Positions 19,791 through 29,091 of a stretch of DNA of 64,000 nucleotides are shown here, one piece after another. Both the position numbers and the translations under genes were made by a program. The number at the start of each line of letters is the position of its first letter. Position 1 is the stretch's first letter. Origin of the DNA: an uncultured archaeon (lineage in GTDB: Archaea > Asgardarchaeota > Lokiarchaeia > Sigyniarchaeales > SOKP01); assembly GCA_964493715.1 (NCBI GenBank), contig CAZBPC010000003.1, positions 54,577-118,576 of the forward strand, written 5' to 3'. Under the pieces are notes generated by a model. That model made no database searches and was not told where the DNA came from. It worked only from the letters and a program-made list of their open reading frames with translations.

Positions 19791-20273
19791 ATGACGAGAT
19801 ACCACATGAGACGGAAGGAAAAAGAAATTACAAACTCAAATCTTTTAAACACAATTCTTATTGAAGGTCGATATGTTACAATATCAATGTGCAGAGATTC
19901 TGAACCATATATTGTTTCTCTTAGTTATGGTTATGATCAAGATAATAATTGTTTATATTTTCATTGTGCAAATGAAGGATTAAAAATTGAGTTTATCAAA
20001 GCAAATCCATTAGTGTGTGCTACAGTTATCAAAGATTGTGGTTATAAGATGAATGATTGTGATCATGCGTATCAATCAATTATCATAAGGGGAAAATTGA
20101 TTATTATAGAGAGCTTTGAAGAAAAAAAACATGGATTTGATGTATTGATAAGTCATTTAGAAGAAAATCCTCAAAAGATAAAAAAAAATCATTTAAATAA
20201 TGGAAAATCTTACATAAATACTTGTATATTAAGATTGGATATAGAAGAAATTTCTGGTAAAGTAAATATTTAG
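19791..20273 (+). CDS. Pyridoxamine 5'-phosphate oxidase-like / NimA-family flavin-binding protein
   Basis: MRRKEKEI, PYIVSLSYG, LYFHCANEGLK, YQSIIIRG and ISGK. Confidence 0.85.
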   Translation: MTRYHMRRKEKEITNSNLLNTILIEGRYVTISMCRDSEPYIVSLSYGYDQDNNCLYFHCANEGLKIEFIKANPLVCATVIKDCGYKMNDCDHAYQSIIIRGKLIIIESFEEKKHGFDVLISHLEENPQKIKKNHLNNGKSYINTCILRLDIEEISGKVNI

Positions 20274-20320
20274 TTTTTCATTTTCATAAAACTTTTTTTG
20301 CTTGATTTATTCTATAAGAT

Positions 20321-20494
20321 ATGGATCTCGAAGAAGAAAAAAAAATAATAAGTGAAATAATTAAACACAGACGTATCCCTTATTCTATAGAATTATTAGA
20401 TATCGATGGAGACAAGATAACGGTCCGAAATAATTTTGGCTCCACAATAACTTATTTCAAAAAAGGCGATGATTATATCCTCGATAATCAATAA
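20321..20494 (+). CDS. Small hypothetical protein (57 aa, not in the ORF track)
   Basis: ATG to TAA frame translating to MDLEEEKKIISEIIKHRRIPYSIELLDIDGDKITVRNNFGSTITYFKKGDDYILDNQ; protein-like composition and fills an intergenic gap. Confidence 0.6.
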   Translation: MDLEEEKKIISEIIKHRRIPYSIELLDIDGDKITVRNNFGSTITYFKKGDDYILDNQ

Positions 20495-20671
20495 ATGATC
20501 TTTAGAGATATAATTCAAAAAACTTGTTAAGTTCAAATATTTAATAATTTGCATGCCCTTTTTTATTTAATATTACTATAAGGCACTAAAATCTGATAAA
20601 GTGAAACCATAAAATTAAAAGATTGAAGTATCTTACTAAAGGTTAAAGAACCTTATATTTTATTATTATTC

Positions 20672-21865
20672 TTGGTGCTATTTTTGAGACAGAGAAAATT
20701 CAAATCAGATGATATTGACGATTTATTTACTGAACATTTTAGAGCGGTTATTGATAGCAATACATCACTTACCATGTATAATGAGAAAAAGCGTTCTGTT
20801 TGCGTGATAAGAAAAAACTTGGCTAAAGATTATGAGGTGGAAGTTGATGCTTCAGAAGCACCAATAATGAATAAATTATTAAGAGATCCAGAACCTTATG
20901 AGAGTTCAATAGCAGATGTTAAAATACTTGAACAAGAAATATTTCCATTGAACGAAGCATTTAAGAATGTATTTGGAATTGATGAAGAATTAAAACTTAA
21001 TTCGATAAAATTAGCTATTGGTGGTAGTTATAATGATTACGTTACAATTCAAGAAAGTGATTTGAAGAAATTTGATGTTAAACCAACCCTTAGTGGGTTA
21101 TGCGAATTTATAGATCAAAATAATGAAAGTATTCTCGGATTTCTGGATTGTGAATATGTGAGTGAAGAGGGAAATGTAATTTATCTCAGTTGTGATAAAA
21201 AAGGAGTAACTGATAACATTTATTCTTTGAGCATAAAAATCTTGGCATCCATGCACCAAAGAGGATTTTTTCTTCAGCAAGAACATAAGTATTACGGACT
21301 TCAGCTATTCATCACTTTAGAAATGAAAAAAGCTAATGATGATAAATTATTCGAATTCTTAAAAGAGCTTAATGTAGACTGGGAAATGATCTTTTTCAGA
21401 AGACGATTAGCAATTCATGACTGGACTGAAATAGAATGTGATAAAGATTCTGATAATCTTAAAAAATATTTGATGGCTAAATTCGAAACCCTAAATTATT
21501 TTGATATTAACAATATTATAAGAGTGATCATAAAAAACCAATTACCTTTCAATGTTGCTGATAAAATGGCCTCCCTCTTATATAAAATGAAAATTGAAAG
21601 AAGTAATCAATTATCAGATAAAAACTATGAGCAACTTTCCAACAATGAGGGGTATTTCGATTCTCAAAGAAGATATCTACATTCTGATTCAGAAGAGAGA
21701 GCTCAAACTGTAAATGGTTATACTCTTACCCTAAAAAAAGCAGAAATAGCTGCCGCTGCCAATATCGCATGTGCTTACTTAGGCATTCAAAAAGAAATAG
21801 AATTTGATAAAGATATCCCAACCTCTGAAATTTTAAAGTATCAAGATGAATTGACTAATTTCTAA
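20672..21865 (+). CDS. Hypothetical protein
   Basis: 397-codon ORF in AT-rich DNA; no motif recognised. Confidence 0.7.
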   Translation: MVLFLRQRKFKSDDIDDLFTEHFRAVIDSNTSLTMYNEKKRSVCVIRKNLAKDYEVEVDASEAPIMNKLLRDPEPYESSIADVKILEQEIFPLNEAFKNVFGIDEELKLNSIKLAIGGSYNDYVTIQESDLKKFDVKPTLSGLCEFIDQNNESILGFLDCEYVSEEGNVIYLSCDKKGVTDNIYSLSIKILASMHQRGFFLQQEHKYYGLQLFITLEMKKANDDKLFEFLKELNVDWEMIFFRRRLAIHDWTEIECDKDSDNLKKYLMAKFETLNYFDINNIIRVIIKNQLPFNVADKMASLLYKMKIERSNQLSDKNYEQLSNNEGYFDSQRRYLHSDSEERAQTVNGYTLTLKKAEIAAAANIACAYLGIQKEIEFDKDIPTSEILKYQDELTNF

Positions 21866-21902
21866 GAATAAAATAAAAAAAGGGAAGATAAAGAAGTTTT
21901 TT

Positions 21903-22907
21903 TTACTTTAATTTGTAAGATAGTTTTAATAACTCGTGATTTACTTCACCAACAGTTATACTTCCCCCAGTTCTAACGTTTGTCATAGTATATTTTGCTG
22001 GAGCAAATAAACCAGGATCAATTTTATAGAAATCATAATCGGCTGCTTCAAATGTTTCTATGAAAGGTTTTCCATAGCTGGGTGAAGTATTTGCAGGTGC
22101 TTTTCTCAATAGTTCAAATAACTCAGTTTCTTTTTCCTTATCTACATCAATTGTATAATAAGTTAACCCTGCTGCACTTATTGAATCATTGGTTCTTCCC
22201 ATCGCACCCAAATCATCCTTTGCTATAGGAGCTATTGTCGTTGTTCCAAACCCATCTTTTAGCACTTCGAGGGGGAAATGAATTTCATGTAGTTTGTGAA
22301 TCCCTGTTTCTACTATTCTAGCAGCAACTTGGATAGATCCGGTTAAACAAGCTGTAGGGGCACATAATGCATATGTATCACTTGGATTTACTCCACTTTT
22401 TGATGCTACAATTTCCATCACTTCTGAATTTGGTAATTTATCAGTTTCAAACACGATTATTGCACAATCTGAATCATCAGTATAGTCTATTTCTTCGAAA
22501 ATTTTCTCAGTTTTACTTTTAGCTCTAGCAGGACCCGAACCTAGCGATTGAAAAATAACCTTTTTCTTCATTTTCCCGTCTTTTTCAACTTCCTTTTTCA
22601 ATTTAACACTCCAACCAGCCAATTGGGATGCCATGCAAGAAATAACAGGTTCAGAAGTATATACATTAACACTTGGAATATAATGGCCGTCTAAATCGTA
22701 AGACGAAAATTCAACATTTCCTAATCCCCCCATACAAATTTCTCCAACTAATTTTCCTCCCGTCCAAGACGCATTGGTCATATCTAAAACTGTTGAGCCA
22801 TTTTCAAGTTTTTGAATGTCGACTTTATATAATTCTTTATTTTCAATAATCTTTTTCACGAGTTTTAGAGCGAGATTATTAATTTTGATATGATGCATTT
22901 CGATCAC
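21903..22907 (-). CDS. mch: Methenyl-H4MPT cyclohydrolase
   Basis: EICMGGLG, CMASQLAGW, GSGPARA, APTACLTGSIQVAARIVETGIHK, MGRTND and DFYKIDPGLFAPA. Confidence 0.95.
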   Translation of the reverse strand: MIEMHHIKINNLALKLVKKIIENKELYKVDIQKLENGSTVLDMTNASWTGGKLVGEICMGGLGNVEFSSYDLDGHYIPSVNVYTSEPVISCMASQLAGWSVKLKKEVEKDGKMKKKVIFQSLGSGPARAKSKTEKIFEEIDYTDDSDCAIIVFETDKLPNSEVMEIVASKSGVNPSDTYALCAPTACLTGSIQVAARIVETGIHKLHEIHFPLEVLKDGFGTTTIAPIAKDDLGAMGRTNDSISAAGLTYYTIDVDKEKETELFELLRKAPANTSPSYGKPFIETFEAADYDFYKIDPGLFAPAKYTMTNVRTGGSITVGEVNHELLKLSYKLK

Positions 22908-22991
22908 TTTTCTCCATTTTTTAAATGAGTATTTATTATTTTTTACGTATTTTAATATATTAAATTAAGTTTATATTAAAATTTTATAATA

Positions 22992-24524
22992 ATGAATGAA
23001 GTACTTGATTCTTTACATTTTTTATTAGAATCTTTACTATTAGCTAAAAAATTCCTATTTGATACAATTGAGATCTCTGATTTAAATTTGATAATATATA
23101 CGCATCTTGATGCCGATGGATTGGCTTCAGGAGCAATATTAGGTAAAGCTTTTTTCAGAGAAAAAATTCCATTCCAAATAAGGGTATTAAAACAATTAGA
23201 AAAAGAAGAAATCATTAAATTAGCAAAAGATGCGATTGATGGTTCCAAGTTTGTTATTTTTTCTGATTTTGGGAGTGGACAATACTTAGAATTAATTAAC
23301 CAACTCAAGTTTAATGAGACTCAAATTCCTTTTCTTATTATAGATCATCATCTCCCACAAGGAATATCAAATAAAGAAGATCCTAACATAAAAAAAGTTT
23401 ATGAAAGTGGTATCCCTTGGCATATAAATCCTTATTTTTATGGAATAGATGGAAGCACACAAATTTCCAGTTCCGGTCTATGTTACTTGTTTTCGAAAAT
23501 AATAAATAAGAAAAATATTGATCTTTCTCCTATCGCTTTAGTAGGTGCAACCGGTGACATTCAAAATAGAGGTTCTAATTATTCGTTTACTGGTATTAAT
23601 TCTTTCATCCTTAAAGATGCGATTGAAACCGATTTAATTGATGAGGTTGACGATCTTAGCTTTTCACCAATAAAACCAATTAATGAAGCAATTGCTTATT
23701 CAAGTAATATAAATTTACCCGGATTAACAGGAAATGCAAGTACCACCTTAAAATTTTTAAAAACGATCGGTATACTAATGGAAAAATCAGATGGTAATAT
23801 AAGAACGCTAAATGATCTAACTCAAAGTGAAAAGAGAGATATTTCATCAAAAATTATTGAATATGCCTTAAAATATGAAATAGACCCAGAAATTATAACT
23901 CAGAATCTAATTATTAATAGATATATCTTAAAAAATGAAATTGTGGGATCTGAATTACATGAATTAAATGAATTTTCTAAACTATTGAACTCTTGTGGAC
24001 GGAGTGAAAATGCTTCTTTGGGCATAGCAATAGGAATGGGTGATAGACGTATAGCATATCAAAAAGCTCAAAATAATCTCGTTGAATATAGAAAGAAAAT
24101 ATCTAACGCGCTAAATTGGATCCAAAAGGATGAAAAAATCAAAGAAATGGATTATATTCAATATTTTTATGGAGAAGACGTAATTACTGATACCATGATT
24201 GGGACCATTGCTTCAATGCTTATTTTTGATAAGAGTGGAGTTATTAATAAAGAAAAGCCTCTTTTTGGATGTTCTAAGAGAAAAGCGGAGGGGGTTTATA
24301 AGATCTCAGCTAGAGCAAGTAATGCAGTAGTAGCAGAAGGAATAAATCTATCAGAAGCAATACGAAAAGCATTATTACTCTCAGATTTGGATGTATTAGG
24401 AGGAGGTCATCCTCCAGCAGCAGGAACTATAGTTCCTATTGATAAAATTGATCTTTTTCTAAAAAATTGTAATATAATTATCAAAGAACAACGAAATATT
24501 ACAAATGATAAAAATACTAAATAG
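22992..24524 (+). CDS. DHH-family phosphoesterase, archaeal RecJ/GAN (Cdc45-related)
   Basis: HLDADG, SDFG, IDHH, LLNSCGR and DHHA1 motif GGGHPPAAG. Confidence 0.87.
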   Translation: MNEVLDSLHFLLESLLLAKKFLFDTIEISDLNLIIYTHLDADGLASGAILGKAFFREKIPFQIRVLKQLEKEEIIKLAKDAIDGSKFVIFSDFGSGQYLELINQLKFNETQIPFLIIDHHLPQGISNKEDPNIKKVYESGIPWHINPYFYGIDGSTQISSSGLCYLFSKIINKKNIDLSPIALVGATGDIQNRGSNYSFTGINSFILKDAIETDLIDEVDDLSFSPIKPINEAIAYSSNINLPGLTGNASTTLKFLKTIGILMEKSDGNIRTLNDLTQSEKRDISSKIIEYALKYEIDPEIITQNLIINRYILKNEIVGSELHELNEFSKLLNSCGRSENASLGIAIGMGDRRIAYQKAQNNLVEYRKKISNALNWIQKDEKIKEMDYIQYFYGEDVITDTMIGTIASMLIFDKSGVINKEKPLFGCSKRKAEGVYKISARASNAVVAEGINLSEAIRKALLLSDLDVLGGGHPPAAGTIVPIDKIDLFLKNCNIIIKEQRNITNDKNTK

Positions 24525-25806
24525 CGTAAGATTCTCCTGTTTCAGGAGCAGCAGCATTGTAATTTTCTTTATTTAGATTACTAGCTAAAGAAGTAGTTGA
24601 CTTTTCATCTCCATGAACACAAAACACATAACGTGAACTATTGAACTTAATTCCTTTAATATAGTTAAAGAGATGGGATCTATCAGCATGACTTGAAAAA
24701 TCAAAATAATCTACCTCGCACAATGCCTTAAAATTAGTATCTTTTGAATACCCTCTTTCTGCAAATTCGAATATTCCTTCATCTAAAAGTTTTCTTCCAG
24801 GTGTTCCTTCTACTTGATATCCTACAAGATAAATAGCTGATGCTGGGTCTGCAACAATTTTTGACACGTAATCAATCGCAGCGCCACCTTTAAGCATTCC
24901 TGATGGTGAAATAATAATAGTTTTTCCTTTTTCTAAAATATTCATTCGGTTTCTACTTTTTGCGAATTTTGCGGCCTTTATTGCTTTCTTGAGAATGTTA
25001 AAATTCTTGAATGCGTTAGGGAATTCGGAATAAGCCATACTGATTTTTCTGGCAAGTCCATCCAAATATATTGGTATTTTTAGATCATATTTTTTTAAAA
25101 CTAATAAAAGTTCTTGTGATCTCGCAACCCCAAATGCGGGAATTAATACATTTCCTTCATTTTCTATTATATTAACGATTCGATCTATGATCTTTCTTTC
25201 AGTTTCCTCTCTTAGAGGATGTTCTTTTAAAGCGTAAGTTGATTCTGTGATTAATGCATCAATCTCAGGTATATCTGAAGATCTCGCAGAATTTATGAGA
25301 TTAGTAGTTTGCGAATTTATATCTCCAGTATAAAATATTTTTTTTCCATCCACCTCAATAAGAATCGATACGCTTCCGGGAATATGTCCAGCATCATAAA
25401 AGGTTATATGAAAGTCATTGGAGATTTTCTGACGAATCCCAATTTTCAAGAATTTAGCATTTTGTCTTAATTTATCTAATTCTTTAAGACCAAACGGATA
25501 TGGATACCTAGTAATCTTAATCATATCTTTTAAGAGAATGTCAGTGATTCTTAGTGATAGTGGATTTGTATAAAAAGGTAGGGTTGAATTTTTATATAAA
25601 TAGGGGAGTGCTCCTGAATGATCTACATGACAATGAGTAAGAGCAACAGCTTTAAGATTATTTAAATCAGCATTATCAGGCAAGCGATCCTCTTCTTTGA
25701 ATCTTACTCCATAATCTAGCATCATTTTTTCTTTATTATTCGATTCAATTAATACGGCGGATCTACCAACTTCTCGGGCACCTCCAAGAAATTTAATTAC
25801 GGGCAT
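24517..25806 (-). CDS. MBL-fold beta-CASP ribonuclease (aCPSF2-like)
   Basis: GGAREVGRS, THCHVDHSG, AGHIPGS, YTGD, ESTY and FSSHAD; no KH domains. Confidence 0.88.
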   Translation of the reverse strand: MPVIKFLGGAREVGRSAVLIESNNKEKMMLDYGVRFKEEDRLPDNADLNNLKAVALTHCHVDHSGALPYLYKNSTLPFYTNPLSLRITDILLKDMIKITRYPYPFGLKELDKLRQNAKFLKIGIRQKISNDFHITFYDAGHIPGSVSILIEVDGKKIFYTGDINSQTTNLINSARSSDIPEIDALITESTYALKEHPLREETERKIIDRIVNIIENEGNVLIPAFGVARSQELLLVLKKYDLKIPIYLDGLARKISMAYSEFPNAFKNFNILKKAIKAAKFAKSRNRMNILEKGKTIIISPSGMLKGGAAIDYVSKIVADPASAIYLVGYQVEGTPGRKLLDEGIFEFAERGYSKDTNFKALCEVDYFDFSSHADRSHLFNYIKGIKFNSSRYVFCVHGDEKSTTSLASNLNKENYNAAAPETGESYAI

Positions 25807-25940
25807 GTTTATATTTTTTAAATACTAAATTTTTTTATCTCCTTATATTAATAAATTTGTGAGAGAATAATAATTTTTTTAATGTAGAGCCTTGCATTAA
25901 TTAAAATAAAAAATAAAAAGAATAATTAAAATGCAAAATA

Positions 25941-26690
25941 TTACTTTATCTTTTTTATAACGTTAGTCAGCAATGTAATAACATTGTTTACGTTTCTACT
26001 GAAAACTTCTAAAATTTCTTCCCATGTTACAGGAACCTCATCTTCTTTCCAACAATCATAATCTGTAGACATAGCAACTGCTGCATATGGAATACCTACC
26101 TCATTTGCCAAGATCGTTTCAGGAGCAATGCTCATATTAATTACATCAGCCCCCCATAGCCTAAACATCTCTGATTCTGCCCTTGTGGAAAATCTAGGTC
26201 CTTCGATTGTAACAACTGTTCCATTTTCATGATATTTAAGATTGAGCTCTTTAGCCGTTTCAATAAAGATATGCCTTAACTCTTCAGAATATGGATAAGC
26301 CATAGCAGTATGTTTGGCATCGTGGGGTGGGAATTCATCAAAAAAACTTACTTTCCTCAATCTTGTAAAATCTATAAATTGATCGAGAATAACAAGGTCC
26401 CCACGACCGATCTCTTCTCTCAAGCTACCACACGCTGTCGTTGCCAAGATATGAGTGCATCCTTGATCTTTAAGTGCTTGTATATTAGCTCTATAGTTTA
26501 CATGTGTTGGAGGTATTGTATGTTCTCTTCCGTGTCTTGCTATAAGAACAACATCCACATCATTGATTTTACCTACTTTAAGGGGAGAAGATGGTTTTCC
26601 ATATGTTGTATCTACTTCAACATCTCTTCCATCTTTTAAAATATCCGGATCATCTAATCCCGAGCCACCTATTATCCCTATTTTAACCAT
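25941..26690 (-). CDS. mtnP: S-methyl-5'-thioadenosine phosphorylase
   Basis: IGIIGGSG, ARHG, EGPRFSTRAES and TDYDCW. ATG at 26690 is preferred over GTG at 26699. Confidence 0.92.
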   Translation of the reverse strand: MVKIGIIGGSGLDDPDILKDGRDVEVDTTYGKPSSPLKVGKINDVDVVLIARHGREHTIPPTHVNYRANIQALKDQGCTHILATTACGSLREEIGRGDLVILDQFIDFTRLRKVSFFDEFPPHDAKHTAMAYPYSEELRHIFIETAKELNLKYHENGTVVTIEGPRFSTRAESEMFRLWGADVINMSIAPETILANEVGIPYAAVAMSTDYDCWKEDEVPVTWEEILEVFSRNVNNVITLLTNVIKKIK

Positions 26691-26793
26691 AATATTCACT
26701 ATTAGGTGTTTTCCAATAATTTTTATTATAATATTTAAAATTACTCAATTTTTATTTATTTTATCAGAAATAAATAAATGATATGATTTTAAA

Positions 26794-27657
26794 ATGAAAA
26801 ATAACGATATAAGTGTTGATATAGGCATAATTGGAGGTACTGGTTCGGATATACATTTGGACAATACTGTAGAAGTCAAAATCTTTACTCCTTTTGGAAA
26901 CAGCTCTTCAAAAGTAACTATAGGAGATTTTAAAAATAAAAAAATAGCATTTATTTCTCGTCATGGTAAAGATCATTCAATTCCCCCACACAATATAAAT
27001 TTTAGGGCAAATATCTGGGCATTAAAAGAACTAGGAGTTAAATTTGTTATATCAACCTCAGCAGTTGGTTCATTGAAAGCAGAGTTATCAAAAGGAACAT
27101 TTGTAATGGTTGATCAATATATTGATCGAACTAAGAAACGAGTTGATACCTTTTTCCAAGGAGGGCAAGTTTGCCATATAGGTCAAGCAGATCCCTATTG
27201 CGAATATATGAGAAATCTTTTTTATGAATCAGGAAAAATTTTAGGGATTAAATTTTGTAATGGAGGAACATATGTTTGTATTGAAGGACCAAGATTTTCC
27301 ACAAGATCAGAATCAAATATGTTTCGACTACTTGGTGGAGACATTATAGGAATGACGACATATCCAGAGGTAGTTCTAGCTGCCGAAAAAGAAATGTGTT
27401 ATTGTTGTATCGCTATGATAACTGATCTCGATGTATGGGCCGGATACTGTCCGAACTGTGGCATCGTCATATTTAAAAATGAATGTGATAAATGTGGTTC
27501 TTTAATTCAAAAATTGAGTGTTGATGTACCAGAAGTCATGAAAACAATGGAAAAAAATATTGAGAATCTTAAGAAATTATTAGAAATGACCATCCCTAAA
27601 ATAAATACAGAAAGAGATTGCTCTTGTCATCATGGACTATCAAATTCGATATTATGA
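26794..27657 (+). CDS. mtnP: Second MTAP-family phosphorylase with a Zn-ribbon insertion
   Basis: IGIIGGTG, RHG, EGPRFSTRSES and TDLDVW, followed by CPNC...CDKC. Confidence 0.87.
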   Translation: MKNNDISVDIGIIGGTGSDIHLDNTVEVKIFTPFGNSSSKVTIGDFKNKKIAFISRHGKDHSIPPHNINFRANIWALKELGVKFVISTSAVGSLKAELSKGTFVMVDQYIDRTKKRVDTFFQGGQVCHIGQADPYCEYMRNLFYESGKILGIKFCNGGTYVCIEGPRFSTRSESNMFRLLGGDIIGMTTYPEVVLAAEKEMCYCCIAMITDLDVWAGYCPNCGIVIFKNECDKCGSLIQKLSVDVPEVMKTMEKNIENLKKLLEMTIPKINTERDCSCHHGLSNSIL

Positions 27658-27660
27658 TTT

Positions 27661-29091
27661 TTATTCTCTTAATTTAGGTGTTCTTGCGGCTAAAACTGCA
27701 TTTAACCGTCCAATTGGTGTATTGTGGGGTGCCTTCTTTAGAATTTCTGGATTTTCCTTAGCTTCATCATAAATTTTCAATAAAATATCAACAAATCTAT
27801 CTAAATTATTCTTTGTTTCTGTCTCAGTAGGCTCAATCATAAGAGCACCATTAACGATTAAGGGAAAATAGATCGTGGGAGCGTACATACCATAATCTAA
27901 GATGCGTTTAGCAATATCTTCAGTTGTAACATCATTAGGAATCCCTTTATCTGATAACACAAATTCATGTTTGCACGTTCTATCATAGGGAAGATGATAT
28001 CTTTTCTTTAACTTATAACTCAAATAATTTGCATTCAGAACAGAGACTCTCCCAACTTTACTTAAACCTTTTGCACCTAAAGCCAAGATATATGAATAAG
28101 CCCTTAATATTATGCCAAAATTACCCCAAAATGCTTTAATTCTTCCAATTGAAGTAGCTTTTCTTTCACCACAAATCATACCGTCTTTATTAGATATTAA
28201 ACAAGGTTCAGGAAGAAATGGGATGAGTTCTTCAATAACTCCTACAGGACCAGACCCGGGTCCACCCCCACCATGAGGTGTAGAAAAAGTTTTATGAAGA
28301 TTAAGGTGAACTATATCAAAACCCATATCTCCTGGACGACAAACTCCAAGCATCGGATTTAAATTAGCTCCATCATAATAACAAAGTCCATCATTTTCAT
28401 GGACAATTTTTGTTATTTCTTTTATATTTCTATCAAATACACCTAAGGTATTAGGATTGGTCAGCATTATGCCTGCTACATCTCCTTGCTTCATAGCATG
28501 TTCAAGATGATCTAAGGGAACTTCTCCGTGCTCATTAGATTGGAGCTCAATAATAGAAAAACCGGCCATTTTCGCTGATGCAGGGTTAGTGCCGTGAGCT
28601 GAATCAGGAATGATTATCTTTGTTTTAAGGATGTTTTTATTTTGAAAGTATTTTTTTATTATGAGTAATCCAACCAATTCACCGTGCGCTCCAGCAGCTG
28701 GTTGCAGTGTGAATCCCTCCATACCCGTGATTTCAGTTAACAATTTTGATAATTCTACAAGAATCCTAAGTGAACCTTGGTTTTCTTCTTGAAGCGGATG
28801 AACTTGAGAGAAGCCAGGAATTCTAGCAATCACTTCATTAATCTTTGGATTATATTTCATTGTACAAGAACCTAAAGGATACATTCCAGTATCTACTCCA
28901 TAATTTCTATTACTGAGATTTATATAATGACGAACGATTTCAACCTCAGGAACATTAGGAATAGGTAATTCTTTTCGAATCAATGAAGCTGGGATTATTT
29001 CCGAAAGGTCCTTGGTAATTACATCCATTTTAGTGATACAGTTTTCATTATAGTGATTGGTGTTCTTTTCAAATATTATTTTCGTATCCAT
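27661..29091 (-). CDS. gcvPB: Glycine dehydrogenase (decarboxylating) subunit 2
   Basis: YPLGSCTMKYNP, QPAAGAHGE, SAHGTNPASA and PLP-lysine motif NLHKTFSTPHGGGGPG. Confidence 0.96.
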   Translation of the reverse strand: MDTKIIFEKNTNHYNENCITKMDVITKDLSEIIPASLIRKELPIPNVPEVEIVRHYINLSNRNYGVDTGMYPLGSCTMKYNPKINEVIARIPGFSQVHPLQEENQGSLRILVELSKLLTEITGMEGFTLQPAAGAHGELVGLLIIKKYFQNKNILKTKIIIPDSAHGTNPASAKMAGFSIIELQSNEHGEVPLDHLEHAMKQGDVAGIMLTNPNTLGVFDRNIKEITKIVHENDGLCYYDGANLNPMLGVCRPGDMGFDIVHLNLHKTFSTPHGGGGPGSGPVGVIEELIPFLPEPCLISNKDGMICGERKATSIGRIKAFWGNFGIILRAYSYILALGAKGLSKVGRVSVLNANYLSYKLKKRYHLPYDRTCKHEFVLSDKGIPNDVTTEDIAKRILDYGMYAPTIYFPLIVNGALMIEPTETETKNNLDRFVDILLKIYDEAKENPEILKKAPHNTPIGRLNAVLAARTPKLRE

